NCBI GenBank assembly: GCA_039414355.1
Contig: JBCDJN010000002.1
Span: 42,443 to 106,442 of the forward strand
Direction of reading: 5' to 3'
Source of the DNA: Planctomycetota bacterium
GTDB lineage: Bacteria; Planctomycetota; Planctomycetia; Pirellulales; Lacipirellulaceae
DNA length: 64,000 nt
How positions within the stretch are numbered: position 1 is the first letter of the stretch; each line of letters opens with the position of its first letter. Shown piece after piece: positions 19,144 through 27,247 of the stretch. Position numbers and translations under genes: made by a program. The notes under the pieces are model-generated. The model did not search any database and was not told where the DNA came from. It saw nothing but the letters and a program-made list of their open reading frames with translations.

Positions 19144-20199
19144 ATGAGCGACACCCCCGAAGAGCCCACGCTGCCCGAGGCGGCGATCGTCCCCGATGAG
19201 CCGCAGCCGCCGCTGGCAGCCGAGGCCCTCGTGACGGACGCTGAGCCGACGCCGCTGCAGCGGCTGTACGACGCCATCACCGCCGAGGTGGCCAAGATCT
19301 ACGTCGGCCAGGAGGAGCTGGTGCTCTCGACGCTGGTCGCCCTCTTCTCGGGCGGGCACGTGCTGATTGAAAGCGTGCCCGGCTTGGGCAAGACGCTCTT
19401 TGTTCGCACGCTGGGCAAGGTGCTGGGCTGCAAGTTCGGCCGCATCCAGTTCACGGCGGACCTGATGCCGTCGGACATCACCGGGGCGCCGATCTTCAAC
19501 CTCAAGACGCAGGAGTTCACCTTCCGCCCCGGCCCGGTCTTCACGCAGCTCTTGCTCGCCGACGAGATCAACCGCTCGCCCGCCAAGACGCACGCCGCGC
19601 TGCTGGAGATCATGCAGGAACGCCGCGTGACGGTTGAGAACGACACGCACAAGCTCGACCCGCCGTTCCTGGTCATGGCGACGCAGAACCCGGTGGAGAG
19701 CGAGGGCACGTACAACCTGCCCGAGGCGCAGCTCGACCGCTTCATGTTCAAGGTGATGGTCGATTACCCCTCCGCCGAGGAAGAGGCCCGAGTGCTCAAG
19801 GAGCACAGCCGGCAGGTGGACATCGACAAGCGACTGGCCGAGGAGGTGCGCACCGTCACGTCGCCCGAGCAGGTCATCAAGGCGACCCAGCTCTGCGGCA
19901 AGGTGCGGGTGGAAGAGAAGCTGATCGACTACATCAACCAGCTGGTCCGCCAAACGAGGAGCTGGCCGACGCTGCACTTGGGCGCCTCGCCGCGGGCGGG
20001 GATTGCGTTGATGCAGGGCGCGAGGACGCTGGCCGCCTTCAACGGCCGCGACTACGCCGTGCCCGACGACGTCGCCGAGATCGCCCTGCCCGCGCTCCGC
20101 CACCGCGTGGTGCTCACCGCCGAGGCCGAGGTGGAAGGCCGCGACGTCGACCAGGTGCTGAACGAGCTGATCCGCACGGTTGAAGTCCCGCGGATGTGA
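19144..20199 (+). CDS. MoxR-family AAA+ ATPase
   Basis: 351-aa ORF. Walker A is GHVLIESVPGLGKT and Walker B is LLLADEINR. FLVMATQNPVESEGTYNLPEAQLDRF and ASPRAGIAL are typical MoxR/AAA_3 signatures. Confidence 0.95.
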   Translation: MSDTPEEPTLPEAAIVPDEPQPPLAAEALVTDAEPTPLQRLYDAITAEVAKIYVGQEELVLSTLVALFSGGHVLIESVPGLGKTLFVRTLGKVLGCKFGRIQFTADLMPSDITGAPIFNLKTQEFTFRPGPVFTQLLLADEINRSPAKTHAALLEIMQERRVTVENDTHKLDPPFLVMATQNPVESEGTYNLPEAQLDRFMFKVMVDYPSAEEEARVLKEHSRQVDIDKRLAEEVRTVTSPEQVIKATQLCGKVRVEEKLIDYINQLVRQTRSWPTLHLGASPRAGIALMQGARTLAAFNGRDYAVPDDVAEIALPALRHRVVLTAEAEVEGRDVDQVLNELIRTVEVPRM

Positions 20200-20279
20200 C
20201 AAGCGCACGCAACAAGCTCCCGAAATAGCCTCACGCCTCGGCGCCTTTGCGTTAACGAACCAAGCGTCCCCCAACAGCC

Positions 20280-21737
20280 GTGATTACCCTCTACTGCCTC
20301 GCCGCCTTCATCCTCGGCCTCGTCTTGCTGGCGTGGCTTGGCAGGGTGTACCCCGATCGGGCGTTGGTGACCGCCATGCTCGCGCCGACGGCGCTCTCGG
20401 CCATGCTGATCGCACTGCCGACGCTCTGGCCGGTGGTGGTGGCCGTGGACGTGCTGCTGCTGGTTGTGGTGCTGATCGATCTGGCGTCGCTCGCGCGGGA
20501 GGCGTCTTTCCAGGCGCAGCGGTCGGTCGGCCTGATCGCGTCGCTGGGGCAGCAGCACCCGGTGGAACTGACCGTCACCAACCGTTCCGGGCGCCGGCAG
20601 CCCATCCGTGTGAAGGACGACGTCCCCGAGGGGATGACCGCCGAGCCAGAGGACTTCCGCGTGGTGCTCTCGCCGATGAGCCGGTCGGTGCTGCGGTACC
20701 GAGTGCGGCCGCAGGGGCGGGGCGAGTTCTTCCTGGAGCGCGTTTACCTCCGGGTCGGCAGCCGGTGGGGGTTCTGGCAGCGGCAGCTCGAACTCCCCGT
20801 CCGCAGCCGCATCAACGTCTACCCGGACATGAAGCAACTGGGCGAGTACGCCGTGCTGGCCCGCACCAACCGGCTGAGCCTGATGGGGCTCCGGCGGACG
20901 CGGCGGATCGGGCAGGACAACGAGTTCGAGCGTCTCCGAGACTACACGCTGGACGATAACTTCAAGCACATCGATTGGCGGAGCACCGCCCGCCGCAACA
21001 AGCTCACGGTCAAGGACTTCCAGGCCAACCAGAGCCAGCGGATCATGTTCCTGGTGGACTGCGGCCGGATGATGACCGGCGAAGCGGCCGGCGTGAGCCT
21101 GCTGGATCACGCCCTGAACGCGATGCTGATGCTGGGCTACGTTGCGCTCCGGAGGAGCGATCAGGTGGGCCTGCTCTGCTTCTCCGACCGCGTGCTCTCG
21201 TTCACCCCGCCCAAAGGCGGGAGCGAGCAAACCAGCCGGCTGCTGCACGCCGCGTACAACCGCTTCCCGGAGATGGTGGAGTCTCGCTACGACGAGGCGT
21301 TCTTGCACCTCGCCACGCATGTGCGGAAGCGGACGCTCGTGGTGCTGATCACCAACGTTGTTGACGAAGTAAACGCGACCCAGGTCCGGCGGCACCTGGC
21401 GGCCGTCAACGGCCGGCACCTGCCGCTGGCGGTGCTGCTGCGGGACCATGCGCTGTTCGACGCGGTGGCCCAAGCGGAACCGGCGTACGCTTCGCTTGCC
21501 GGATCGGGCAACGATACGGCAGCGTCAACCTTTCAGCAGCAGCCGGCGCCGGGCGTGGGGCTTTCGAGCGAGAAGCTCTTCCGCGCAGCGGCCGCCGCCG
21601 AGGTGCTAAGCTGGCGCCGGCGCGTTTTGGCCGACTTAGAGACCAGCGGTGTGCTGCTGGTCGACGAGTTTGCCGAAGACCTCACCGCGCCGTTGGTCAA
21701 CCGTTACCTGGAAGCCAAAGCGCGTCACCTGCTCTGA
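20280..21737 (+). CDS. DUF58 (VWA-like) protein, MoxR partner
   Basis: 485-aa ORF with N-terminal TM helices. DNEFERLRDYTLDDNFKHIDWRSTARRNKLTVKDFQANQSQRIMFLVDCGRMM is the DUF58 core. Confidence 0.9.
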   Translation: MITLYCLAAFILGLVLLAWLGRVYPDRALVTAMLAPTALSAMLIALPTLWPVVVAVDVLLLVVVLIDLASLAREASFQAQRSVGLIASLGQQHPVELTVTNRSGRRQPIRVKDDVPEGMTAEPEDFRVVLSPMSRSVLRYRVRPQGRGEFFLERVYLRVGSRWGFWQRQLELPVRSRINVYPDMKQLGEYAVLARTNRLSLMGLRRTRRIGQDNEFERLRDYTLDDNFKHIDWRSTARRNKLTVKDFQANQSQRIMFLVDCGRMMTGEAAGVSLLDHALNAMLMLGYVALRRSDQVGLLCFSDRVLSFTPPKGGSEQTSRLLHAAYNRFPEMVESRYDEAFLHLATHVRKRTLVVLITNVVDEVNATQVRRHLAAVNGRHLPLAVLLRDHALFDAVAQAEPAYASLAGSGNDTAASTFQQQPAPGVGLSSEKLFRAAAAAEVLSWRRRVLADLETSGVLLVDEFAEDLTAPLVNRYLEAKARHLL

Positions 21738-21741
21738 AGAC

Positions 21742-22389
21742 TCAAACGGTCAAAGGGATTGACTGCTCAGCAAACTCGCTTGCCCAGCTAGACACAGTGT
21801 TTGAGTCGTCACTGTCAAACAGGCGACAAGCAAGACGCGCCCTGCGTATCACGCCCTTCTCAAGAGACTGCGAGAACAGACTCCAACGCGATTCTCCGAT
21901 GCCTCCCTGCAAGAACCGCCACTTATGGGAGGCCTCGCGTTGATCACTGGGGTGCACAACCTCACACCAGTCGCCTCCTCCAAGCTGCTGAACGCGCACG
22001 ACGCGCTCTTCGGACATTCGGGGGGCGTAGTCGCTATCGACACCACCGCATGCGCTGACCCGAGAGAGCACGAGGATTACAGGATGCGAGTCGAGCAAAT
22101 CGGTTTCCACAGAAACGATGAACTGCAAGCCTACGCCGTCGCCACGCCAGTACACCTCAGTACGGAACGGAAAAGCGTCGCATGGACCGTAGCTGGCGAC
22201 GAGGTCGGTGCCGCGCGCGTAGTAATCAACTAACGGAAACATCGCGTCTTCGACTGCCGGACGGACGCCAAATGCCTGGACGGCGCTGCCCAGCCGAACC
22301 CCGTCGCCGGGGTGGGAAAGGTCTATCCGTGCGCCTAGCGCGAGACATTCGGCCTTGACCCCATCGATCCGCCAGGAGCAATCAGTCAA
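21742..22389 (-). CDS. hypothetical protein (compositionally atypical)
   Basis: The long ORF runs to 22512, but residues 19-32 of that ORF are the translation of a strong terminator hairpin. I therefore place the start downstream, at TTG 22389. The ATG at 22242 is an alternative. No recognisable domain, and the codons are A/T-richer. Confidence 0.5.
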   Translation of the reverse strand: MTDCSWRIDGVKAECLALGARIDLSHPGDGVRLGSAVQAFGVRPAVEDAMFPLVDYYARGTDLVASYGPCDAFPFRTEVYWRGDGVGLQFIVSVETDLLDSHPVILVLSRVSACGGVDSDYAPRMSEERVVRVQQLGGGDWCEVVHPSDQREASHKWRFLQGGIGESRWSLFSQSLEKGVIRRARLACRLFDSDDSNTVSSWASEFAEQSIPLTV

Positions 22390-22417
22390 AACGGCATAGA
22401 GCGGCGTTAGAAGGCAC

Positions 22418-22457
22418 AAAAAAACCCCGCCGAACACCCGAGGGTGTTGCGACGGGG
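22418..22457 (-). terminator. intrinsic (Rho-independent) terminator on the minus strand
   Basis: The minus-strand RNA reads CCCCGUCGCAACACCC-UC-GGGUGUUCGGCGGGG, about 14-15 bp of stem with one bulge, followed by UUUUUUU (A-run 22418-22424 on the plus strand). Confidence 0.7.
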
Positions 22458-22785
22458 CCGGAACAGAGAAGAGGCCAGAGTCGCTTGCAAAGGGATAACT
22501 GGTATTAGGCAATCGCCTACCGCCGATCGGCGGCTGTCAAGCTCCCCCGGTGTTCCGCACGGTGGGACATACGGGATGTTAGCAGAACGCGAAGTCGTGT
22601 CCAACCATTTGGTGAGAAAACCACAAACGCACCGCCGAACTCCACATTTCGCGAAACGCCGCGCAATGACCGCGGCGTGTCTGCGGCGATCGATCGCGGT
22701 TATGCTCTTCGGTTCGCCAACGGGTCGGCCGGTTATTTCCCATCTCGACCCAAATGCCGCTTGAAAGACGTCTCAGGAGCCTCCG

Positions 22786-23589
22786 ATGGACCCTTCGCAG
22801 TTGACGGAAATCACGGCTGTGGCAAAGGATGCGGCGATTGCCGGCGGGCGGGAGCTGTTGCGGTGGCGGGGCAAATTCAAGACCCGCGAGAAGGGGGCCG
22901 CCGACTTCGTTACCGACGCCGACCTCGCTTCGCAGGAGGCGATCCAGCGGATCGTCGCCGAGCGCTTCCCAAGTCACCTCTTCGTTGGCGAGGAGTCCGA
23001 TGGTGGCGCCCTGGACGCGGCCCAACGCGACACCGAGTCGTTCTGCTGGGTCGTCGACCCCCTGGACGGCACCACCAACTATGTGCACGACTTTCCTAGC
23101 TATGCCGTCTCAATCGCCGTCGCTCAGGCTGGAAAGCCAATAGCAGCAAGCATTTACGACCCGCTTCGAGACGAGCTGTACTGGGCGCAAAAGGGCGCGG
23201 GAGCCTGGCTCGGCGACGGGCGGCTTGAGACTGGGTCGGCGGCAACGCTGGGCGAGGGCCTGGTCGCCATCAGCCTGCCGCCGTCGAACGTCGGCGATTC
23301 GAAGGACTTCCGCGACCTGTTTCAGATTGGTCCCCAGTGCCGGGCGGTGCGGCGGATCGGCTCGGCGGCGCTCAATCTGGCGTACGTGGCGGCGGGGCGG
23401 CTCGACGCGTACTGGGCCCGCGACATCTACCCCTGGGATGTTGCGGCCGGGGTGCTGCTGGTGACCGAGGCGGGCGGCGTCGCCACAAGTATTGATGGGA
23501 ACGAGTTTTACGTCTGGCGGCCCGCCTGCATCGCCTGCTGCGGCGACGCGATCTATCGGCAGCTTTTCGCCGAGCTCTCGGCCGAGTAG
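22786..23589 (+). CDS. suhB: inositol monophosphatase family protein (SuhB-like)
   Basis: 267-aa ORF. It carries FVGEESDG, WVVDPLDGTTNYVHDFPSYAVSIA and the RRIGSAALNLAYVAAGRLDAYW motifs of the IMPase family. Confidence 0.92.
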   Translation: MDPSQLTEITAVAKDAAIAGGRELLRWRGKFKTREKGAADFVTDADLASQEAIQRIVAERFPSHLFVGEESDGGALDAAQRDTESFCWVVDPLDGTTNYVHDFPSYAVSIAVAQAGKPIAASIYDPLRDELYWAQKGAGAWLGDGRLETGSAATLGEGLVAISLPPSNVGDSKDFRDLFQIGPQCRAVRRIGSAALNLAYVAAGRLDAYWARDIYPWDVAAGVLLVTEAGGVATSIDGNEFYVWRPACIACCGDAIYRQLFAELSAE

Positions 23590-23783
23590 CCGCGGGCCGC
23601 AAGTTTGGTCGGTCGCCCCCCTGCGGGTAAGATGGGCGTAGGTGTTGCGCGTGAGGGCCAGCCAGCCCAACCCTCCTCTCTTCTCTCCCCAATCGGGTCG
23701 CCCCCCTCTGCTTCACCGGCTTGCCGCCCTCTCCACGCATCAACGCAGCCGGCCGCGTGCCGACTTGCCCGTGCCCACCCGTC

Positions 23784-26700
23784 ATGCCCACCCCACCAAC
23801 AGCCCAAGCCGCGGCGCCCGGTCGACGCCGACCCGCGCCGGCGTTTTGGCTGGCTTGTTGCTTGGCGCTGGCGTTGGGTGGCGAGTGGTCGCGTGCCCAA
23901 CTTCCCGGAACGCCGCCGACCGAACCCCCTACAACGGAAGCCCAGCCCACAGAAGCCCAGCCAACCGAAGCCCCGCTGACCGAGACGCCGCCCTCGCCCG
24001 AGTCGGACCAGCCGGCTGCCAGTCGCGATCGCCAAGCCGCAGAGGACGGGCTGCCGCGGCCTTCGGGTCCCGACACCACGATCTGGATCGGCGGAAACGG
24101 AACGCCTCGCCCCGTCGTCGGGCTTTCGTACGACGAACTGCTGAAGGCGTGGCGGGCGCTGCAGCAACTCGATACCGGACCGAAACTGCCGGCCGTGCTG
24201 CGTGATCGGATCGACCTGAGCGGAACCGTGGAAGGCGATCGTGTCCGAATAACAGCACGCTACGAGTTCACCCTCTCCGCCGATGGCCACGCCGAGGCGC
24301 CGCTCGGCCTTGCCGGCGCGGTGCTGGTTGACGACCCCAAGATCACGGGAGAGTCGCCCAAGGGCCAGCACGTTGACTACCGCCAGGGAGAAGGTGGCTT
24401 CGTAGCCTGGCTTCACGGCAAGGCGGGTGAACGCCGCGTGGTTGAATTGCCGCTGCTCGTGCCGCTGACGCAAGACGATCAACAGACGGTGCTGCGGCTG
24501 AACCTTCCGCGGGCGACGCGGTCCGAGGTTGTCGTGGAGTCGGCCCGGCGGCTCACGCAGACCTTTGTTACCGGCGCGCCGATGCTCGACACAGAAGCGG
24601 CCGACAGCGGTGGCTCACGCCTCCGCGTGCGGGGCGGCGTTGGCATGGTGCAGCTTGGGTGGCGGAGTAAGACCGACACGGTCGCCGCGCCCGCTACCGT
24701 GCTGACCGCGACGAGCGAGATCGCTTGCCGGGTAGACGGAACGAGCGTCCGCAGCCGAGCGGAAGTCACCGTGAGCAGCTACGGCGGGATGATCGAGCGC
24801 TTCCGCGTCCGCCTGCCCGCGGGGTCGTCGCTGCGTCCACGCGCCGAGGCGGAGGGGCAGCCGCGCGTCACGATGCTCGAGGCGGGCGATCGATCGCAAC
24901 GGGTCTGCCTGGTATCGCTGCCTTCGCCGACCAATGAGCCGGTATCGATCACGTTGGAAACCGACCAAACGCTGCCGCTCGCCCCGGAGTCGGCGGCCGA
25001 CCTCGGGGGGTTCGAGGTCCTCGGCGTCGCTCGCCAGCGTGGCGTCGTCGCCATCGAAGTTGCCGAAGGTTGGCGGGCGCAGCTCGGCGGGCTCGACCGG
25101 GTCGCAAAGCTACCGCCGGAGGCTCTGCCGGCCTCGCTTCAGACGCCGCGTCCCACGGCGGCGGTTGAGTTCTTCGGGCAGCCTTTCCGGCTAGGAATCC
25201 GCGTGCAGCGGCAGCCGGTGCGGACCGAGGTCGCGACACGCTATCTCCTCATCCTTCGCCCCGACTCTGCCGAGCTGGGGGTCGCGATCGATTATCGAAT
25301 CACCGGGCAGCGGCGCGGCGCGCTCGTGATCGACTTGGCCGACTGGGCCGGTGCGGAGGTGCTATCGCCCTCGTTGACCGGCGCCGTCGGGACCGATGCC
25401 ATTGCCCTTAGCGGCGACGACGACAGCGAGCTGAGCCTCGCGCTGCCGGCCGACGCGGGCCCCAACGGCACGGCGGAGTTCACCCTGAAGGTCCCGCTAT
25501 CGATCGACAAAGAGCAACTGCAACTGAAGCTGCCCACAGCCCAAGCCACGCTTCATTCCGGTTCGGAGCTGCTGGTGGTGGCAGACCCCTCGCTCGAACT
25601 GACGCCCGACGCCGAGCGGCTGCAGCGGATGCGCGCCACTGCCGTGACCGCCGATACACGAGACCCGCGGGACCCCACCGGTCTGCAGTCATTCCGGTTC
25701 CTTGGTTCGGGGGTTGGCGACGTGTTTGCCGCCCGGGTCCGCCGCCGGCCCGCCGAGGCAACCGTCGCCGTCGGCAGCCAGGTCCGCGTGGGCGAGCAAG
25801 CGACCTTGGTCAAGCAAACCTTCGACTACGACCTACGTCATGCTGCCTTTAACGAACTGCGATTCTCGGTTCCATCGGGAGCGATCGAGTCGTCAACCGT
25901 CGCCTTCAACCTCACGTCGCCCGCTGGAGACCAACCCGGCCCGACTCCGGCCAGGCGTCTTGAGTTCCAGGCCGCCGAGCCTGACGAGGAAGACGCGAAC
26001 CGTGAGGTCTCCGTCGCGCTGCCGCGCCCCTGGATCGGCGCGTGCCGAATCGAGGCTGAGTTCTCATTGCCGGCGGCCCTCGACTCGCTTGAGCGGGGCG
26101 AGCCGATCAGCGCCCCGCTGATTTCACCAATCGGCAGCGAGATCGCGTCGTCTCGCGTCGTCGCCCGCGCCGAAGACGGCTCGCCGTTGACGCTTGGCGA
26201 CAACGCGGCTTCGTGGTCGTCGGCCGAAGACCGTGACGAGGAAGACGGAGCGCTGGTGGCGACGGGCGTCGGGGAAGCGTGGGTGTTGCCGCTGCGCAGG
26301 GCGGACCCACAAGCAAGGACGGCTGAGGCGATTCTCATCCGATCCGCCCGATGGGAAACCTGGATCACACCCACACAGACCCAGCAGAGCGCTGAGTTCA
26401 TCGCGCAGACGTCCGCCGAGGAGGCGACGATTGAGATCGATCCGTCGCTAGCGGACACCGCGGTCGAAGTGACCATCGATGGCCGAACGGCAGATCGGTA
26501 CCGCCGCACCGGGAATCGTTTGATTGTGCGTCTGACCGATGAGGGCAATCCGCCGGACCGTTCGCGACCGATCAGGCACAACATCGCGCTCCGGTACTTC
26601 GAACCGGGTCAGTCGAGCCCAAACTCGGTTGCGTGGCGCCCACCGCGGATGGAGGGCGATTACGTGCTGGCCACCACTTCGTGGGACATCGTGCTCCCCG

Positions 26701-27218
26701 GCGGGCTCACGCCGCTGGCGCCTCCGGTTGGGTTTGCCGCGGTCGGGTCGACCGAGAGCGGCGGCTTCGGCCAGGCAACGCGGCTGCGATTCGGCGGGCT
26801 CGGTACGCCGCCGCAGGACCAAGCCACTGCGCTGCGTTTGGTCTCGCAACCGTTCATCGCTCTGGCGGTCTCAACGGCGGTGCTCGCGGCCGGCCTGGCG
26901 CTGATCTACGCCCCGTGGCTTCGCACCCCGCCTGCGTTGGTGGCCATGGTGGCCGCCCTGGTTGCCATCGGGCTTTGGTTCCCGGGGCAGATGGTCTGGC
27001 TCGCCCGCGCCGGGGTTGCGGGCGCAGCGCTGGCGGCGGCGGCAGGTTTCCTGGCTTGGCTGCTTAGGCCTGTGGCGGAGCTCCGCCCGCGTAGCCAGAC
27101 GCCAATCGGTGGCGCCATGGCCGGGCCGGGGACCGACACCCTGATCCTGGCCCCACTAAGCGCCGTCTCGACCAACGCCCCCACCGCCTCCATGCCCCCG
27201 GCCGACAGCGAACTCTAG
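23784..27218 (+). CDS. giant envelope protein 1: signal peptide, ~1000-aa extracytoplasmic region, three C-terminal TM helices; no assignable family
   Basis: Uninterrupted ORF with an ATG at 23784 (the ORF opens at 23721). It has a signal peptide (RRRPAPAFWLACCLALALGGEWSRAQ) and a Pro/Thr/Glu linker with TEAQP repeats. The C-terminal helices are FIALAVSTAVLAAGLALIY, LVAMVAALVAIGLWF and GVAGAALAAAAGFLAWLL. Confidence 0.8.
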   Translation: MPTPPTAQAAAPGRRRPAPAFWLACCLALALGGEWSRAQLPGTPPTEPPTTEAQPTEAQPTEAPLTETPPSPESDQPAASRDRQAAEDGLPRPSGPDTTIWIGGNGTPRPVVGLSYDELLKAWRALQQLDTGPKLPAVLRDRIDLSGTVEGDRVRITARYEFTLSADGHAEAPLGLAGAVLVDDPKITGESPKGQHVDYRQGEGGFVAWLHGKAGERRVVELPLLVPLTQDDQQTVLRLNLPRATRSEVVVESARRLTQTFVTGAPMLDTEAADSGGSRLRVRGGVGMVQLGWRSKTDTVAAPATVLTATSEIACRVDGTSVRSRAEVTVSSYGGMIERFRVRLPAGSSLRPRAEAEGQPRVTMLEAGDRSQRVCLVSLPSPTNEPVSITLETDQTLPLAPESAADLGGFEVLGVARQRGVVAIEVAEGWRAQLGGLDRVAKLPPEALPASLQTPRPTAAVEFFGQPFRLGIRVQRQPVRTEVATRYLLILRPDSAELGVAIDYRITGQRRGALVIDLADWAGAEVLSPSLTGAVGTDAIALSGDDDSELSLALPADAGPNGTAEFTLKVPLSIDKEQLQLKLPTAQATLHSGSELLVVADPSLELTPDAERLQRMRATAVTADTRDPRDPTGLQSFRFLGSGVGDVFAARVRRRPAEATVAVGSQVRVGEQATLVKQTFDYDLRHAAFNELRFSVPSGAIESSTVAFNLTSPAGDQPGPTPARRLEFQAAEPDEEDANREVSVALPRPWIGACRIEAEFSLPAALDSLERGEPISAPLISPIGSEIASSRVVARAEDGSPLTLGDNAASWSSAEDRDEEDGALVATGVGEAWVLPLRRADPQARTAEAILIRSARWETWITPTQTQQSAEFIAQTSAEEATIEIDPSLADTAVEVTIDGRTADRYRRTGNRLIVRLTDEGNPPDRSRPIRHNIALRYFEPGQSSPNSVAWRPPRMEGDYVLATTSWDIVLPGGLTPLAPPVGFAAVGSTESGGFGQATRLRFGGLGTPPQDQATALRLVSQPFIALAVSTAVLAAGLALIYAPWLRTPPALVAMVAALVAIGLWFPGQMVWLARAGVAGAALAAAAGFLAWLLRPVAELRPRSQTPIGGAMAGPGTDTLILAPLSAVSTNAPTASMPPADSEL

Positions 27219-27247
27219 TCGCCGGATCCCACGCGCCGCTGCCTGGC

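Noticed and set aside
19123-21473. 383-aa and 473-aa minus-strand ORFs (19123-20274 and 20052-21473)
   Set aside because: They are antisense to the MoxR and DUF58 genes, whose Walker and DUF58 motifs are unambiguous.
23934-23993. Four degenerate 15-bp repeats (TEAQP-type) in giant protein 1, and a perfect 15-bp tandem duplication at 53320-53349 (GEPSR/GEPSL)
   Set aside because: These are short in-frame linker repeats, ordinary low-complexity slippage products. They are not independent features.
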